A stretch of DNA of 64,000 nucleotides from contig NC_086102.1 of assembly GCF_963921235.1 (NCBI RefSeq), positions 68,138,001-68,202,000 of the forward strand. The letters run 5' to 3'. Below, piece by piece: positions 38,735 to 52,575 of the stretch (its first letter is position 1; each line of letters begins with the position of its first letter). The notes under the pieces were generated by a model. It saw nothing but the letters and a program-made list of their open reading frames with translations. It made no database searches and had not been told where the DNA came from. The translations under genes were made by a program, and so were the position numbers. This DNA comes from Mobula hypostoma (Eukaryota).

Positions 38735-38832
38735 CACTTCAGGACAATAAGCAGCCAAGACAGCTGCCAGCACCAAACCATCCAACAAATCTAAATCAAA
38801 ATTAATTATCCAGCGTATTGGTGGGACACCAC
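38735..38832 (-). CDS. CFAP47: CFAP47 exon GVPPIRWIINFDLDLLDGLVLAAVLAAYCPEV (CH domain core)
   Basis: cttttaaatag acceptor, GTG|gtaggt donor, 98 nt, phase 1-0; NFD.DL.DGLV calponin-homology signature. Confidence 0.95.
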
Positions 38833-38892
38833 CTATTTAAAAGAAGAGAATAAAGATAAACCAATCATGTCAAAATAAAAAAAATAAAGGTA

Positions 38893-38997
38893 CAAGATTC
38901 AAGATTGCTTAAATTCATCTCCTGTACAAAGGTGTAAAGGAGAACAAAATAATTGTTACTCCAGATGTGATGCAGCACAAAAAAAGAAAGATCAAGG

Positions 38998-39032
<35 letters not shown>

Positions 39033-39760
39033 GAGTCTGGTGATTCTGGCATGGATGCTAAGTAGTCTCCTTCCTGTTGGGAGTGGGACAAACAGTTTAT
39101 CAGTAGGGTGGGTGGGATCCCTCATGATGTTACTGGCCCTTTCCTGGCACCTTTCTGTGTATATATATATATCCTTGATGGTGGGTAGGCTGGTACAGGT
39201 GATTACGTTGGCCAGTTTTCCTGTCCACCACAGTGTAGTTTCCATATCAAGCAGTGATGCATCTCGTTAGGATATTCTCTACTGCATATCTGTAGAATGA
39301 CGTGAGTGTGGATGTACAAAGTCTAGCTCTCTTCAGCCTTCTCAGAAAGTTAAGGTGTTAATGATTAGGATGTGTTCTGGGACCATGAGAGGTTGTATGT
39401 GATGCTCACTCCCAGGAGTTTGAAACTGCTTGCAGTTTCCACAGCTGTGCTGCCATTGTAAAGGAGGTGTGAATGATGTAAGTTCTCCTGAAGTCGACAG
39501 CCGTATCCTTTGTCTTGTTGACATTAAGGAAGAGGTTATTTGTCGGGCATCAAGATCAAGCTTTTCCACTTCCTCTCTGTGCACCATCTCATCGTCATTG
39601 GTGATGAGCCCCACAGCTGTCATATCATCAGGGAACTTGACAATGGGATTGCTTTCATGCTTGGCTAGGTAGTCATGAGTGAGCAGGTTGTACTGCATTG
39701 GGCTCAGCACACAGCCCTGGGGGGGCACCTGTGTTGAGGGTGATGGGGTGGAAGGAGTGG
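38893..39760 (-). mobile_element. Rex1/Babar-like LINE fragment
   Basis: PQGCVLSPMQYNLLTHD...IVKFPDDMTAVGLITNDDE on the minus strand. Confidence 0.8.
38999..39030. repeat. (AAT)n microsatellite, about 10 units
   Basis: Directly visible. Confidence 0.95.
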
Positions 39761-41560
39761 TTGTGCATCCTGACTGTTGTAGAGCAGTTCTGTTGGCAAG
39801 CATATTGGTGATTTGCACCTTAGCAAAAGGCACCCAATATTGTAACTGACAAACATCATTTAAAGTTGGCCTGTACCACATAAAGCTACCTGCACCTCTT
39901 GAAAGGAGCTGAGTGACTCTAAGAAATGGGGATTAGTGAGCAGAGCAGCGACTGCAATTTGGTCAAAACGACAGTGTGTTAAGTGGAAGAAAGTCGGCTT
40001 TGCTCCTTTACATTACTCCAAATGAAACTTCTGTGGTGCAGATGAGGAGCAGCAGTGAAATCAATCTGCAGGACTGGTTTAGCGACCCTCCTGTGGATGG
40101 GAGAGATATCTCAAGAGGTAAATGGAAAGAGGCAAGCAACAAAGATTGAGAAGAATTTAAAGACATTATATGTATTTCTCAGGGTCAGTGCTTATGTTTT
40201 CCAAAAACAAAATGCTGGAAGAACTCAGAAGATTAGGCAGCACCTATAGATCAAAGGGATAGTCAACATTTCAAGTTGAGATTCTCAATCAGAACTGCAT
40301 GTAGAGGGAAGACTACTAGTGTAAAGAGGTGAAGGGGAGGGATGAGGCAACAGTTAGCAGGTGATAGTTGGACCCAGGTCAGGAAGGGAATGATGGGCAG
40401 ATGACGGGGAAGAAAGGGCGAAGGAAGGGTGGAGTAAGAAATTAATGACGTGGAGACAAGCACTACAGATATTGGAGTCTGATAAATAAGGGAGGTAACA
40501 AGTGGATCCACAAGAACAAACCCACATTATTCTTCCCCATTAAAAAAGTCACTTTTACACATTAGCTCAGTGAAAATACTTTGTGAAGCCCAAGTGCTAA
40601 GTAGGGGGGCATTCATTCGGCTCTCCTCTACGCACAGGAGCGAATCTTGGAAATCATTAGGATTGGTAACAACAAATGTTACCTATCTGAAATAAAACAA
40701 AAAGTGTTGGAAAGACGTGGCACGTCCACTAACATCGGTGAAGGAAAAAATAGAGTTAATATTTCAAGCTAGTGCATTGTTGACTATTTCAGACATATTT
40801 TGTTTTATTCCTGGGAAATGTGTTTTGCTAAATGGTAACCAGTGATTTTAACCCAGGAAATAAATACAGTCAGATTCAGCAAAGTCAATTATGTAACATG
40901 TTCTTTATGATATCCATCTTATGGTTCTTTATGGATATATTCTGTTAAAACATAGTCTAAACACAGCTGGTTCTTCCAGAGTAAAACTTTAATTGACAAG
41001 TCATTTGATTATTCGTCAACAATTTAATAGTGGAAAAATAGAAAACAACAACAGCCCAACATAAACATTAAGAAAAACAAATTTTTAATCAAAGAATGCC
41101 ATATTGCATGAGTAGGGAAAATCATCACTATCATCAAACCAAAGGCCTCTAAGTCCTGATCTTAAAAGTACTGCCTACTTCAAGACACTGAATTTTCACT
41201 GAGTAAGTTTAATTTATATGTGTAGATAAAAGAAACAAAGTTCAGTTTAGTATTGCATATTAATGTACCATTATAGAATTACATTGTTATGGTGGGAAGT
41301 GTGGATTACATTCCTAGAAAATGGGATGCATCATGATTTTCTGTAATGTGATGTTCTGTCTGCACATCAAGAAACAAGAATTTCAATAAAATACATGCTG
41401 TGATGATTTATTTATTTCTTTTCCACATATATTCCAAGAGAGCAAATTTGGTTCTCTATTTCATATTTTAGGTAGTAACTTACCAATTCTGTTGCAACAA
41501 ATTTCTGAACAGCCATAATGCAGGGTAGCCTCAATTTATACATGCAAATTTATGGCATTA

Positions 41561-43122
41561 CAGGTGTCCCCCGCTTTTCGAACGTTCGCTTTACGAAACC
41601 TCACTGTTACGAAAGACCTACATTAGTACCCTGTTTTCGCTTTCAGAAGGTGTTTACACTGTTACGAAAAAAATTCAGCATGCAAAAAAATCAGCGCGCG
41701 ATAAAAGGCAACGCGCGCCCCAAGCAGCTGCTCTCCCCCGGATTCGGAACGGCATTGCTTAAACACATGCCTGTGAGCAGCCGTTTGCAAGATGAGTTCT
41801 ATGGTGTCGGAAAAGCCTGAAAGAGCTCGTAAGGGTGTTACACTTGGCGTTAAAACTAGACATAATTAAGCGTTTCAATCGTGGTGAATGAAGCAAGGAC
41901 AACATGAGTTTGGCTTGTGGAGGTTGACGAAGATGATGTTGAAGAGGTTTTGGCATCCCATAACCAAGAACTGATAGAAGAAGAGCTGATGCAATTGGAA
42001 GAGGAAAGGATAACAATCGAAACCGAATGAGTAATGATAAAGTACGACTTTAATTTTGAAAGGGTACGTAGGTTTAGGGGATATTTGCAAGATGGTTTGA
42101 GTCCTTACAAAGAACTGTATGATAGAAAAATGCGCGAGGCTCAGCAGTCAAGCAAGCCTTCCACATCAGCCACAGCAGACAACGAACCTCGACCTTCGAC
42201 ACCGAGGCGGGCAGTCATAGGAGAAGATGAGTTGCCTGCTCTAATGGAAATAGACAACGAGATGACACCCCAGTGTCCCACCACCCCAACACCCAGTCCG
42301 CGGACAGATACTGTACCGATTCGCGGAGAATGCAGCAGTAGCCGGGAGCACACAGCACATCTTTAAGAAAAAAGCCAAAATAAACATGCTAGTTAATTAG
42401 GTGCCACCGACACGTAATTGTCGGCCCAGATCAGAGGCGACGCAATTGGCAGTCGGCACTGATCTGGGCCGACAATTACGTGCCGGGCAGCACCTAATTA
42501 ATTAGCATGTTTATTTCAGCTTTTTTCTTAAAGATGTGCTGGATGCCTCCCGGCCACCGCTGCATCCCTGCATGCTTCGCGGCAATGTATCGGTTGGTGG
42601 CCCGGAGGGTGGGGGCCACTGCACCACCCAACCTGCGACGACTCAGCCTAACACATCATCATCAGTGTGCTCGGTGCTGTCTTCCCAATTCCTGCAAGTG
42701 ATACTACACTGTACGTACATTATTTCTACTTTATATCGGCTATGTATTTTTACGTGTTATTTGGTATGATTTGGCAGCTTCATAGCTTAAAGGTTACTGG
42801 AGAGCGCTTGCGCCGTGTTCTTGCCAACAGCGCTTGCGTGAGATTTTCGCTACGGAGAACAGTTCAGCAATGATTGTGGAAAAGTACTTCTACTTTATAT
42901 AGGCTGTGTATTTATCATATCATTCCTGCTTTTACTATATGTTACTGTTATTTTAGGTTTTATGTGTTATTTGGCATGATTTGGTAGGTTATTTTTGGGT
43001 CTGCGAGGACTCACAAAATTTTCCCATATAAATAAATGGTAATTGTTTCTTCGCTTTACGACATTTTGGCTTACGAACCGTTTCATAGGAACGCTCTACC
43101 TTCGGATGGCAGGGGAAACCTG
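41561..43122 (+). mobile_element. Tigger/pogo-type (TcMar) DNA transposon, internal deletion derivative
   Basis: TA flanks (41559-60, 43123-24); imperfect TIRs CAGGTGTCCCCCGC versus CAGGTTTCCCCTGC; CENP-B-type HTH start (RKGVTLGVKLDIIKRF, ATG 41801) joined to an acidic C-terminal part; no DDE domain. Confidence 0.88.
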
Positions 43123-44169
43123 TACTTGCAATGATAATGAACAATTTCGCATATCTAGTCATTATTATACTTAAGTTTATTGTCAAGGCAGATCATAAAA
43201 TGAATTAATATAGGTTGCTGGTTAACACAGTCCAGATAGTTTTGGAAGTAAATACCTCCAGATATTATATGTTTTCAGAGGAACCTCCTGCCAGTGTCTT
43301 TTTTAAGTAACTATCAAATTGGTTACTGATAGGCTTCTACTAATTATAGCAACAGTGTAAAGCTTTGCTTTCTTGATTTCTTTAAAGTTACTGAACACTA
43401 TAGGAAACTTCGGAGTAGTGATCATATACTTTCTCCTGTCTTCAAGGCTTATGCACAAACCAGCTGTTCTCAGTTACTACAGTAGACATTCCTCTTAGAA
43501 TGCGTGACATGACTGGAAGAATAACTAGAGGTCATACTTCAGAAGACAATGAGTCAGAAGACAAAAAGGAATTGGGAGGAATATTCTCAACAGGTCCATC
43601 AGATCCATCCAGCGTTCAAGGAGCAATTCACCAATAAATTCACAGTACGGAAGAATAAAAATACAAAACAAATATAAATCAAAGAATGCCATATTACAGA
43701 GAAACTTGAACTAATCACATATATACATTTCCTTTGTATCTACCCTTTCCAAATACACTCATGCTGACTTTTAGTGAACGAGGTGTAGATGCCTTTGGCC
43801 ATGACCATCACCAGCCTGGATCTGGAAAGCCCAGCTTTGCACTACATCATTTTATTGTGGTTACACTAGAATGGGATAACCAGGTGGCCAATGTCAAGGC
43901 CACTAGCAGAGCAGCAGGGTTAGAAAGAAGACAGTAGCTCTGAGCTCTGAGTTATGACTATACTCGTGGGCAGAAACTCGATTCTACCAGTCTGTGGACA
44001 GAGATTATTTGGCTGCTCAAACACTCTACAAGACAAGTTGAACACTGGTTCTATCAACCATACAGCTATTAAGTCATAGAGTCATAGGGGAACTCAACCT
44101 ACCTAGTCTGTACTAATCAGCAACCACACTTACACTCATCTTATATTAATCACCATATTCCCATCAATT

Positions 44170-44345
44170 CTCCCAAATTCCAGTACACTTTGGGACAATT
44201 TACAATGATCAGTTAACCTGCACATCTTTTGGCTATGCAAGGAAACTGAATTACCCAGAAGAAACTCATATGGGCACAAATAGAAGAGCAAACTCCACAC
44301 AAGAGGTCAGAATTGAACCTGGTCACTGAGGCTTCCAGTAACTGA
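44170..44345 (-). mobile_element. Decayed V-domain/HE1-like SINE
   Basis: ggaaactgaattacccagaagaaactca...aaactccacac resembles the reverse complement of 55900-55975. Confidence 0.55.
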
Positions 44346-45486
44346 TCTGAGCCACATAGCTGCAAGCTATGCAAAGGTCTGGCCATCATTTAAATTTTAA
44401 GTTGTTTCTATGTGTATTTCACTGAAAGCTCAGATATCAGTCTTCATATCATGAATCAGGATTGATTCTACAAAAAACGCTGATAGGGTGGAACTCATCT
44501 TCGAAGTTAGAAGTAACAGGGTTCAAAACAGTATAGCAAATTCATGCTCTTTAAGACTGCATTCAGGCTTTCTGGCAAGCATACCAATGCATTAATCATA
44601 ACGGTGTGTATACCCAATAGTCTCTTCCTGTAGGCCAACCCTATCAAGTGTTGGTCACAGTCCCCAAAATCAGAGCCTATGTAATGAACTTTTGTGATCA
44701 CAGCCTTCTTGCCCCTCAATCTGTTACTGTCTCATCAATTCATGGCTAGGTAACAGTTCCTTCAAAAAAAAGACAGCATGACATAGGGTTGAGATGAGAG
44801 ATAGTCATGTAGCGTAAAAATAAGATACGTATACTTTCACAGTCAGCATCTTCAAAACTACAAGAAATTGTTGATTAGAGTGAAATGCAATGTGAGAAAG
44901 AGGATTAGCTATAAGGTAATGCCATCTTCTATCAAATCAATCTGCTTGTGAGTCCCAGCAATGAACGTCCCATGATGGCCAGCATGCTTTCCTCTGTAGA
45001 GGTTAGAAAATTTTGTTTAGTGGTTCAATGTTTTCAGCTCTAATTGTGTGCCATTCACTCCTGCTCAAGAGAGTCGAGAGCAACATGAGTCATACTATGT
45101 GTTTCAATGTGTAAAGTAGGCATAAGCTATAGGATTGAATGAATAAAGATAGGTGAGTCTATGAATGTACAATATCAGTCCTAATTGTCTAATGAGTGTG
45201 TGGTGAATTGAGAAAGTGTGAAGGCTAATGGTCCATTTAGTAGACTATGACATATGCAGATATATTCACTAACTATGAACAGAAGTATGAGATCACTGAA
45301 CTTCTCAAGGTACAGCTTTTGGATCTTTAGAGCTTGAACCTGCATTTACCACCATGATTATCAACTGTCATCTAGAAAGTCAGTGTATATTAATCCATTT
45401 AACTTGTGTGGATTGACCACATCGCTTTGCCCTTCCCCTTCCTTCATGAATATCATTGATGAAGGATGAAGTATGTCAATAAACTT

Positions 45487-47162
45487 CCTACCCACATCAG
45501 TGACACTTGGCACGCTCTTGATCTTTTCAATGATTTCAATCCCCAGCCCCAATCATCTTATTTTCCTATGGATGTCCAGTCCCAATACACCATCAGGAAG
45601 GTCTCAAAGCTCTCCATTTGTTTCTGGACAGCAGACCCAACTAGTTCCCCTCCACCACCACTCTCCTCCGTCTGGCGGAACTTGTCCTCACTCTCAATAA
45701 TTTCTCCTTCGGCTCCTCCCATTTCCTTCAAACAAAAGGTGTAGCCATGGGCACTCGCTGTTTCTGCACCCATGCAGAGCTCGTCAACTTCATCAACTTA
45801 CCCTCCAACTTCCACCGTGCCCTCAAATTTACCTGATCCATTTCCGACACCTCCCTCCCTTTTCTCGATCTCTCTGTCTCTACCTCTGGAGACAGCTTAA
45901 CTACTGATGTCTGTTATAAACCCACTGACTCTCACAGCTACCTGGACTATATCACTTCCCACCCTGTTACTTGTAAAAATGCCATCCCCTTCTCTCAATT
46001 CCTCCATCTCCGCTGCATCTGTTCACAGGATGAGGCTTTTCATTCCAGAATGACAGAGATGTCCTCCTTCTTCAAAGAAAGGGGCTTCCCTTCCTCCACC
46101 ATCAATGCTGCCCTCAACCGCTCTTCCATTCCACGCATGTATGCCCTCACCCCATCCTCCCACCACCCCACCAGGGATTGGGTTCCTCTTGTCCTCATCT
46201 ACCATCCCATAAGTCTCAGCATCTAGCATATAATTCTCTGTAACCCACCATCTCTAACAGGATCCCATCACCAAGTACGACTTCCCACTTTCTGCTTTCC
46301 ACAGAGATCTCTCCCTAAGCGACTCTGTCCATTCGTCCCTCTCCACTTATCCCCCTCCTGGCACTTATCCATGTAAGCAGAACAAGTTGCTACACCTGCC
46401 CCTACACCTCCTCCCTCACTACCATTCAGGACCCCAAACAGTCCTTCCTGGTGAAGTGACACTTCACTTGTGAGTCTGTTGTGGTCATCTACTGTATCCA
46501 GAATTTCCATTGTGGCCCCCTATATATCAGTGCTTCGCCGAGCACCTATGCTCTGTCTGCCAGAAAAAGCAGGATCCCCCAATGGCCACTCATTTTAATT
46601 CCACTTCCCATTCCCATTCCATCATGTCAGTCCATGACCTCCTCTACTGTCGCAATGAGGCCACACTCAGGTTGAAGGAGCAACACCTTATATTCCGTTA
46701 CGGTAGCCTCCAACCTGATGGTGTGAACATCGATTTCTCACACTTCCAGTAATACCCCCCTCTCCTTCACTATTCCCATTCCCCATTCCCATTTCCCTCT
46801 CTCATCTGATCTCCTTATCTGCCCATCAACTCCCTCTGGTGCTGTTTCCACTTTTCTTTCTCCCATAGCCTTCTGTCCTCTTCTATCAGATTCCCCCAGC
46901 CCTGTATTTCTTTCACCAATCAACTTCCCAGCTCTTTACTTCACCTCTCCCCTCTCCCAGGTTCACCTATCACCTTGTGTTTCTTCCTCCCCTCCCCCCA
47001 CCTTCTTACTCCTCATCTTTTTATATCCAGCCCTGACGAAGGGTCTTGGGCCAAAATGTTGACTGTACTCTTTTCCATAGATGCCGCCTGGCCTGCTAAG
47101 TTCCTCCAGCATTTTGAGTGTGTTGCTTAGATTTCCAGTATCTGCAGCTTTTCTCTTGTTCG
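45487..47162 (+). mobile_element. Older decayed Penelope copy (RT, GIY-YIG, 3' end with broken hammerhead at about 47028-47065)
   Basis: Collinear with 6010-7880 with many indels; CTGACGA kept but GAAA core altered. Confidence 0.9.
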
Positions 47163-47566
47163 TCATTAAACCACTCATATTTTGTGTTCTTAATATCACT
47201 ATCCATATCACAATGTGTTATGTAATGACTTCTCCCAGCTGCTGGTGCTATAGTGCAGCATTAAGGGGTATAAAATGACTATAAATCATGCAGGTTAGCT
47301 ATTATTGCTGCTCAGCACTTAGAAAAGTTAAAGGGTGCTTTTCATGTTATTAGGCCCTGACATGGTGTGCAGCCATTCAGTGTAGTCAGAATTGAGTGTA
47401 TGCTTCAATCATGGCAATTGACAGGCAGCATGAAGGTGATGTGCTGCTTGCTTCAGAAACAATGGCATACGTTAATTTCACAATGTTCATTTTCAGTAAT
47501 GAACCAATTTTACCTCCAATTATTTTAATTTACATTCTAAAGGCAAAAGAATCACTTAACAGTTAC

Positions 47567-47765
47567 CTTTCTTGCAGCATTTCCACACAGTACTTTTCAT
47601 GGATTCATAGTGAAAGTTGAGCCATATCAACAGGGCACGCTCACCAGTGGAATATATATTGCTGGAAAGGGGATCAGCATTTATTCTTGGTAAGTTTTCC
47701 ATGCTGCTTTGACTGCCCAGTATATTGTTGACATCCTTCAGTGTCAACCGAGAAAGAACAAAAAC
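47567..47765 (-). CDS. CFAP47: CFAP47 exon VFVLSRLTLK...SSNIYSTGERALLIWLNFHYESMKSTVWKCCKK (start of CH domain)
   Basis: tttcttag acceptor, G|gtaact donor, 199 nt, phase 0-1; SSNIYS..ER.LL.W motif. Confidence 0.93.
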
Positions 47766-48373
47766 CTAAGAAACAATAAATCGTCTTTGTTAAAACTGTA
47801 TAATCCTTTTTACAGCAAACGTGTGCATCAAAGAAAATAAAGCATAATCATCTAGCAGTTAATTTACAATTGACTCTTTTACATCTGATGAGTGTAATAG
47901 CCCCAAAGCACCAGTTTGAAACATCCACTCTCTTCTCTCCACCCATAGTTTGATGTGTATCAATTAACCTCATGTAATGATGTCTCTTCTGCTGCTAACC
48001 ACTTTAACCTATTTCTTTTCACAAACTTCAGCAAAACATCTAAAGAAAAATGCTCCAACATTTCAAATAATGAAGCATTTAGGTGTTTCCAGAGAAACTG
48101 ATGTAGACACTTAGTCTATCAACTGAATTCAATTAATTACCTCTAATCTTATTCAATAACGTCATATGCAAATAATATTGTCTAGAATTTGCAGAAAGGC
48201 TATTGCCTTTAAATAAAGTCATAATGCCTGTTCTAAACGTACAAAAGGTCATTCATTTAATCAAACAAACCATTAAAAGATGCTAATGTGCTGATCTGTT
48301 TTATTATAACATTAGAAAATTCACTATGTTAAATTTTGCATGTATAAAGCATAATGTATTTGAATCATTTTAC

Positions 48374-48469
48374 CTTGTAAATTTGAAGCAACACATCGCA
48401 CCATGAACGTTTGCTTATTGATTCAAAGACGCTATCATCCAGTTCAAAAATGTCAGCACTTTCAGGGTT
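48374..48469 (-). CDS. CFAP47: CFAP47 exon NPESADIFELDDSVFESISKRSWCDVLLQIYK
   Basis: gttttcag acceptor, AAG|gtaaaa donor, 96 nt, phase 0-0; SKR.W.DV.LQIYK motif. Confidence 0.92.
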
Positions 48470-51243
48470 CTGAAAACAATGCTGAAAAGGTGACATATAA
48501 TTTTGATGCCATGTTATTTTAAAGGTGCTTTTTAAGTACAAATCCATGCATTTTTGCAACTTTGAATGATGGATTTAATCTAGTTATCAGTGTTTTAAGA
48601 AATATGGACTGAACAGGTAATCATACCTATTATACAATGCAAGATATACAACCACTATTACACTATTACGTATTATTTATTCTAAAACTAACTTAGAGTA
48701 GCATTACAAATATATTTTCTCCCATTCATAACAAGAAGCAGTTTCAGGAAAAACCAAAAACCTGAAATCAACCAAAGGCTAGACTCTGCAGTTCCAATCG
48801 TAGTAATATCTCTACAATAGGATTTTTTAAAAAACAATCTGATCAAAATAACCTTCTATGCAGAGTTTTCTCCTTTATTGATACTAGTCTCTTTTGCAAC
48901 AGAAACGAGTGACATTGTTATTGATACTCAAAACTGTGATGGTGCTTCATTTTTCCAAAACTTTTGCTACTTTTAATGCAACATGGGAGATGGACATTAG
49001 ACAAATGCCTCAATGTCCAAATAGCATTATTACTCCAAATATATAACAAATAGAGTGATTTATCTTTCCTCCTCTAACTGTACATTAGGATAAATAAAGT
49101 GTTCCATGAAAGTTGTTAAAAATGATCAAACAAATTTGTTTCAATTATATGTACAACTAAATGGCAATCAAAAACTACATCAGAGACCTACACTTCTCCC
49201 GTATGAATACCTGTCAACTCCTCTTCAAGTTTTCCATACCAAGTGTCCTCATTTAACAGTTAATTCTAAGAGTCCTTTAAATGTAAATAAATCAGAACTG
49301 ATGAACTTAACTGAATAATTTGTGATGTATGGCTGTTCGGTGTCTATTGATTACGTGTTATAAATGCCCAGTTGTGTCCCACTTTGACAAGTAAAGTATC
49401 TGCACATTGAGGGTGCGAGTTGCACGAATTACTGTATTGGAAATCAAACTGAGACATCATAAGCCGCTGCTTCATAGAACACTGCAGTGCAAGTAGATGA
49501 TGGCATCAATTACAAAATTTGCTGATTTAATATCAGTCGTATCACATTGATCTCCTAATGCAATTGACGTGTTTGACAAACATGGAAAACCAAACAAACA
49601 GGAAAAGGAAGGACCACCCACCTAGGTATTTGGAAAGATTCATCATTACCTGGAGATTAAGAATGCTGCTGATGTCTAGAGAATAATAATATTTACATGG
49701 AGTGTTAGCCCAGAAGATGAAGGACTTGTGTTGAGTTCAAGGTTTCACAAAGTTCATTAGTTGAAGTTAGATGCCTCAACAATCATTCCTCTTTATCAAC
49801 TATGATGACAAGTAGAAAATATACTGCACTAAATAACACTGTTTTCAAGAAGAGGGAGGAGCAGAAGGGTAAATGGGTTCTTAGCAGAATAATTAATCCA
49901 TCGGGGATCTTCCAGCGGAAATCTCTTATGACTACCTTGGTAGAATATTATAGAGATCCTGACTGAAATATGAAATATATTCCCAATTCAACAAACACTT
50001 GATCATCTGCATATCAGGCTTCCTCCAGGAAAGACCTGGATAGATCTGTAACCTAACCCAGCCTTCTGTGCACTGCTACATTAGGAACAGTGTGTTGTGC
50101 TCCTTATTCCAAGAGAGCTGAATATACTGTATCTCTTTCTCCTTGGCAAGAAATAAGCTGGTAGAACAAAAATATAGGTTTGACAGGATTGGAGGCATCC
50201 CATTGGTACACAATACTTTAGCTTGCAAGTGTATTACTTTAATAGTGTTTGGTATCAACTCATGTGCCAGCACCGGAAGACGTGTATTCTAGAATGCCAA
50301 GTTAGTGTCTTCATATACACAGAGCATAATTCTGATCAATACGCAACATTTAAGCTTCAATTATGAAACTTTTGTTGCAACTGCTATACAACCTGAAGAT
50401 TCCAAGCATCCATGTCTATCACTTTTCACAGAATTTCTGATTTCACTCTACAACTCGCACACACAATGACACTATGCTTGCACTGAAAGCCATGTTGCAA
50501 CACCCAATGCAATCAACCAAATCACTAAAATTCATAATAGCCCACAGCACTCTGCACAGAAGAACAATTAAGGGTTTGGTCATCCCATGATCATATTACT
50601 GTGGAGCAGCACTTGAATTGCATACTGCCTGCAACAGCTTGGGTGGCTATGGGTTAATCACTAACACTAAACCTGTCTTTCAGCACCACCTGATTCAACT
50701 CTCTTTACTCAGAACAAATAAGTGTGATATTGAATTCAGATTTAGAGTGGGTGTTCAAAATGTTCGGTAGATGAATGTGTAGAATCGGGTTAAATGTGCA
50801 GTAAAAATCATCAATGTTTAAGATTGTGTTATGTCTTTGTGTTAGTCTAAAATTTGTGATTATTACATCTTTTAGGAAATAAGAGTGCTAAATGCAATGC
50901 ACCACTAAAGGTATATAAATTGACTGATAACAATTAATAATAGGTGAGAGTATTTGTATAACTGATACATGTCATTAAAATATGCAATACTTAGTGTGCC
51001 AATTAATAGTAAAACACACAAAATATAAATGTGCATCAGTGCTCAATATTCAAGGAAGCTATATAATTAAGGGGAAATATTAACCTTTCTTAATATCACA
51101 CTACCAAGAATCAGGAAATCAAATATTCTCTTTGGATGAAGAGTTGTCCAAATGCTTGTTTTACAGCTTGAATAAAAATTCTCTGAGGTGGAACAAAATG
51201 TTCCTCATAAATTTAACATATGTTTGAGTAATAAGATTCATAC

Positions 51244-51325
51244 CTGTAATTGATACCATTGTTTAAACTGTTCCGGCTCCAATAAGAACTCTGGTTTCAC
51301 GTGAGCAAGGCAAGCTCCTTGAGCT
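51244..51325 (-). CDS. CFAP47: CFAP47 exon AQGACLAHVKPEFLLEPEQFKQWYQLQ
   Basis: ttatttcag acceptor, CAG|gta donor, 82 nt, phase 2-0; QG.C..HV.PEFLLEPE motif. Confidence 0.92.
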
Positions 51326-51648
51326 CTGAAATAAGACATAATTAAAACAGGAAGGAATATGTTAATTATACCCAGGGAGTGAATTCATATATTATGTTTC
51401 ACAGTTTTCTGGACAAACATTATAATATTTTGGAAACTTTATTATAACATGAAACTGGAATGTGGCATCATAATTGATTTTCATATTCAATAGTTGGAAA
51501 ATGTAGCCATATTCAAAATTTAAAGTTGAATAACCAAAAGTATCCTTCAACTGGAATTCAGAACCAACCAAATAGGCTATACATGAATGCATTATAGATA
51601 AAAGACTAGAAGTTGCAAAGGGAAAATCTCTGATACAATAAATTATCT

Positions 51649-51797
51649 CAAACACGAGAAAATCTACAGATGCTGGAAATCCAAAGCAACACACAAATAC
51701 TGGAGGAACTGATGGTCTCAGCCCGAAACATCAACTATTTACTCTTTTCTGTAGATGCTGCCTGGTTTGCTGAGTTCATCCAGCATTTATATGTGCT
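51649..51797. mobile_element. Penelope-terminus fold-back remnant
   Basis: cagatgctggaaatcc...ctggaggaact followed by inverted cccgaaacatcaac...agatgctgcctgg...gagttcatccagc. Confidence 0.7.
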
Positions 51798-52494
51798 TCA
51801 GAAAAATATCAATTTTCTTGGGTTCACAGATCAAATAAATATACCTGTTGCAACTCTCATCAATTAAAACTGCAGAGCTAATCATATGCAGTCAAGCTTA
51901 AACTACTGCAACCGTAGGATTTGTTTTTAATTTGTTCTCGAGATATGGACAATATTAGGGAAGCATTACATGATATCCTACTTCTATTCTGCCTGAGGAG
52001 GTGTTGATGGGTTGCATTTTGTAGCAACGGAATCTCTTTGGTTCTTATAATGGCATCAAGTTAGGGAAATGATTGATTTGACTCGAAAACAATGAAGGGA
52101 AACGAGAGCAGATAATGTCAGAAATATTTGTGATTCAGAGAGAAAAATCAGAAGTCATGTTTTTAAAAGGACTATATTTAGCTAAAAAGTTTGTACTTCT
52201 TGCAATAAATTTAGTATTCTCATCTGATGCATTATATGCTATCTAAAAAATGTAGGCAAGAATTTGACAAGTTTACTTTGACAGCATAACTTAGTAACTA
52301 TTATTTCCAAGTTTTCCTCTAAGATAGAAACACTTCTAACTCTTGAATGTGAAAACTGTACTTGTTCCAGCAAAGGTGCATGTGCCACTTGAGAGTTGTT
52401 TATTGTGATATTCCTTGCAGAATACTAAACTATTGCCCTATCATTGTAGACATGGTATTGGTATTAAATTTCTGGAGAAAGATTACCTCTAAGG

Positions 52495-52575
52495 CATGGA
52501 GTTCCCAACCATTTTTATGCCATGGATCCCTACCATTAATCAGAGGGTCTGTGGACCCCAGGATGGGAACCCCTG
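52495..52575. mobile_element. 81-bp hAT-type MITE
   Basis: Perfect 8-bp TSD CTCTAAGG (52487-94, 52576-83); TIRs CATGGAGTTCCCA / TGGGAACCCCTG. Confidence 0.82.

Noticed and set aside
38865-39245. ORF with a poly-tyrosine run
   Set aside because: Translation of an (AAT)n microsatellite within a LINE remnant
41801-42366. TIGD/CENP-B-like host gene
   Set aside because: Early stop, no DDE domain, bounded by TIRs and TA duplications
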